64,000 nt of DNA, taken from Stegostoma tigrinum (lineage: Eukaryota). How positions within the stretch are numbered: position 1 is the stretch's first letter; each line of letters begins with the position of its first letter. The notes below the pieces were generated by a model. That model worked only from the letters and a program-made list of their open reading frames with translations, was not told the origin of the DNA and did no database searches. Below are positions 61,801 to 64,000 of the stretch, in pieces. Location: positions 3,534,001 through 3,598,000 of the forward strand of contig NC_081396.1 of assembly GCF_030684315.1 (NCBI RefSeq), given 5' to 3'. Position numbers and translations under genes: made by a program.

Positions 61801-63450
61801 TCTTAAAACGTGTCCATGAGAGGCTTTTTTAAAAAAAAGAAATCAGACTTGAAACAACAAATTGCCACAAAGTCCTGCCATGCAGTGCCTCATTTTACGG
61901 GAAGAGGCTAGGCAAAATGTTGGGCAGTCATTTGGAGAGAATTTTGGTGATAGTGAATGCAACTCTGTTGGATATTACATATCGGCGGAAAGTGACAATG
62001 ATCAGCGAGAAGTAAAGGTTTTGAATTGGATCAAGGTCGATTTTGTTCTGATCAAACTCAATCTCGCCAATGTGGTCATGAGAGCAATGACCTACAGAAA
62101 AACTTACACCAGAGCAGTGGGGGGGGTTTGCAGTGAAAAATAACGAATTTGCAGGCCAAAAATATTCCTGAAAGGTGAAGACTGGAAGTAAGAATTCAAA
62201 ACATTACTATAGGTGGCGAAACGTAAAGGAGTAGACAAAAGAAGTCTCCAGCAAAGCTCAGCATATCAGAAGCTCGAGAAGACTTTAGAACCTGTCGGAA
62301 GTTTTTTTTTTCCATTTTTTTTAATTCTAAAGAGAGGTAATTTTAATTTAAAAAAGATGAATACCAAAAGGCATTTTAGGAATACACGGAGGAAGAGAAT
62401 AATGCGAACGAGATTAGGGCCGATGCAGAAACTAACTGGAGAAATCTTGTCGTACTCGATGGCTTTGATACATTTTGCTATTGTATTTTACATCTCCATT
62501 TCTGACGAAGGACGATATCGAGTAATGAATTAGGTCAGAAAGCTGTGGAATTTTCAGAAATTTCTATTGAACTGGAATAAGTATTTGGCATTTTAGCGGG
62601 AATACAATTGACTCAGCTGTGTGTCCCAGTATCCTGGGCAAGGGATTGGATTGTAAGGACCCAGGTCGGAATATTAAAATCGTCTTTGCACAATCAGAAA
62701 ATGCCAGAGCAAGAATGCTCATAGAGTATGATGAATCAATAAATATTCAGGTTTCTTTATACCGGTGATCGAGTCTAGTATCAGTGCCAGGAAAAGAATT
62801 TGGAAAAGAAATCGGAGAGATAACCTTGATTCAAAGCTATAAATGTAACATTTAAGTAGGAAAATTCGGCCTGGCTTTGATGGCAGTGATGTCACACCTT
62901 GCACAGTTGATACTACCTTCCAAGGAGGCAATCAGATGCATGATCCAGGGTGAAAAAATGCAATCTGCTTTGACATTAACAAGGTTTTTGACAAGATCTT
63001 GCATCCTAAATTATTTAAGAAATACCAGAACCAAATGCAATTTGGGAAGTTGTTTCCAAAATTTACTTTGCGTCATCAGTCAAAAGCAGAAGGTCATGGC
63101 CGAAGGTAGTCTTTGAGACGAAACCCTGTGTTCAGTGATGCATTGCAAGTTTTTTGGTGCCGCATCCTGTGCTGTTTGTAGTGTTCATCAATGATCGATT
63201 CATGAATGTAGGAATTTTGATGACAAAGTTTACAGGTGAGGTGAAAAGCGTGCGGTATTGCAATTAGCCAGGCGGAAACCCTCAGGCCAAGGTATGCTCT
63301 AGATTGCAGAACAAAGAAAGAAAAAATATTGCGCCGAAACATGTGAATGAATGCATGTTCCAGGACTATCAATTGAAGAGAAACAATGATGCGTGTTTGT
63401 TCCCGACAAAATACAAATCTTAAGCGGTCACTTGCTGTACATATCCATTT
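58900..63450 (+). mobile_element. Very old CR1-type LINE fragments
   Basis: Scattered motifs: ENCLSVNLTS (about 59710), aagggaaaagcatgcct (KGKAC), FGDSECNSV (61862-62143), tgcttttgac/aaggtttttgacaag (KVFDK). Heavily decayed. Confidence 0.6.
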
Positions 63451-63464
63451 TGCCGTCAAGGAGA

Positions 63465-63900
63465 TGGTTTGGAGCTATTGTTGTTAGTTATATTGTTACT
63501 AATACAGCAAATTCAACTAACATTCGTTGGTCCAATTTTGAACATCATTAAATGCTGGAATTTAAATTTAAGAACATATTTGGAGGTAAGATTCTAGTGA
63601 AGGTCATGAAATCATTACTAATTGTCAGAAAAAAAATCAGTAATGCCAATCAGGAAAGGAAAATTGTCATACTCACGTGGTCTGTTGTACATGCAACTCC
63701 AGCCACAAAGCAAAGTGGTTCGCTGTCAAATGGTTCAGCAAGCCACTCAATTTTACCAGTTGCTGCAGAATTGCAACAATGTAATGAAAGTAAATGGGCG
63801 TCCCGACATTGACCTAGGCATTGGAAGAGATATTGGCACCAATGGCTTTGTGTGTCAAACATCTGGTGACTCGTGCCAAATTTTAGGAGTACACAGGGAG
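63465..63900 (+). mobile_element. Decayed shark SINE
   Basis: aggaaaggaaaattgtcatactcacgtggtctg..catgcaactccagccac is similar to 12495-12560. Confidence 0.55.
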
Positions 63901-64000
63901 GAAGATCATAATGAGAAAGAGATTAGAACTGATGCAGAAACTAACTGCAGAACTCTTGTAGTGCTGGATGACTTTGATATATTTGAAATTGTATTTTACA

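Overview
Vertebrate genomic DNA from a cartilaginous fish (shark; the repeat families suggest a carpet/bamboo-shark-like species, which is inference). The minus strand carries one complete, unrearranged, apparently intact IgM heavy-chain cluster: leader (46236), VH, D1, D2, JH, Cmu1-Cmu4 with secretory tailpiece, then TM1 and TM2 (24345). Its RSS layout is the classical elasmobranch 23 / 12-22 / 12-12 / 23, and all splice phases are compatible. About 11.5 kb further downstream lies a second, diverged copy of the 3' end of the gene (about 8100-12175: truncated Cmu4', tailpiece, intron, TM1', TM2'). In that copy the secretory tailpiece is unchanged at the protein level, the membrane-form splice donor is destroyed by a synonymous change, TM1' is frameshifted, and a retroelement-derived cryptic acceptor is in frame. 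The rest of the window is a decayed class-I (epsilon/gamma-like) ERV with a deleted env and a 3' LTR, many nested CR1-type LINEs and SINEs, a Penelope-like element with a target-site duplication, several short Penelope-derived (often fold-back) elements carrying degenerate minimal hammerhead ribozyme motifs, and a C2H2 zinc-finger remnant. The J-C intron holds a strand-asymmetric pentameric array containing AID hotspot motifs, reminiscent of a proto-switch region. Repeat boundaries were read by eye and are approximate.
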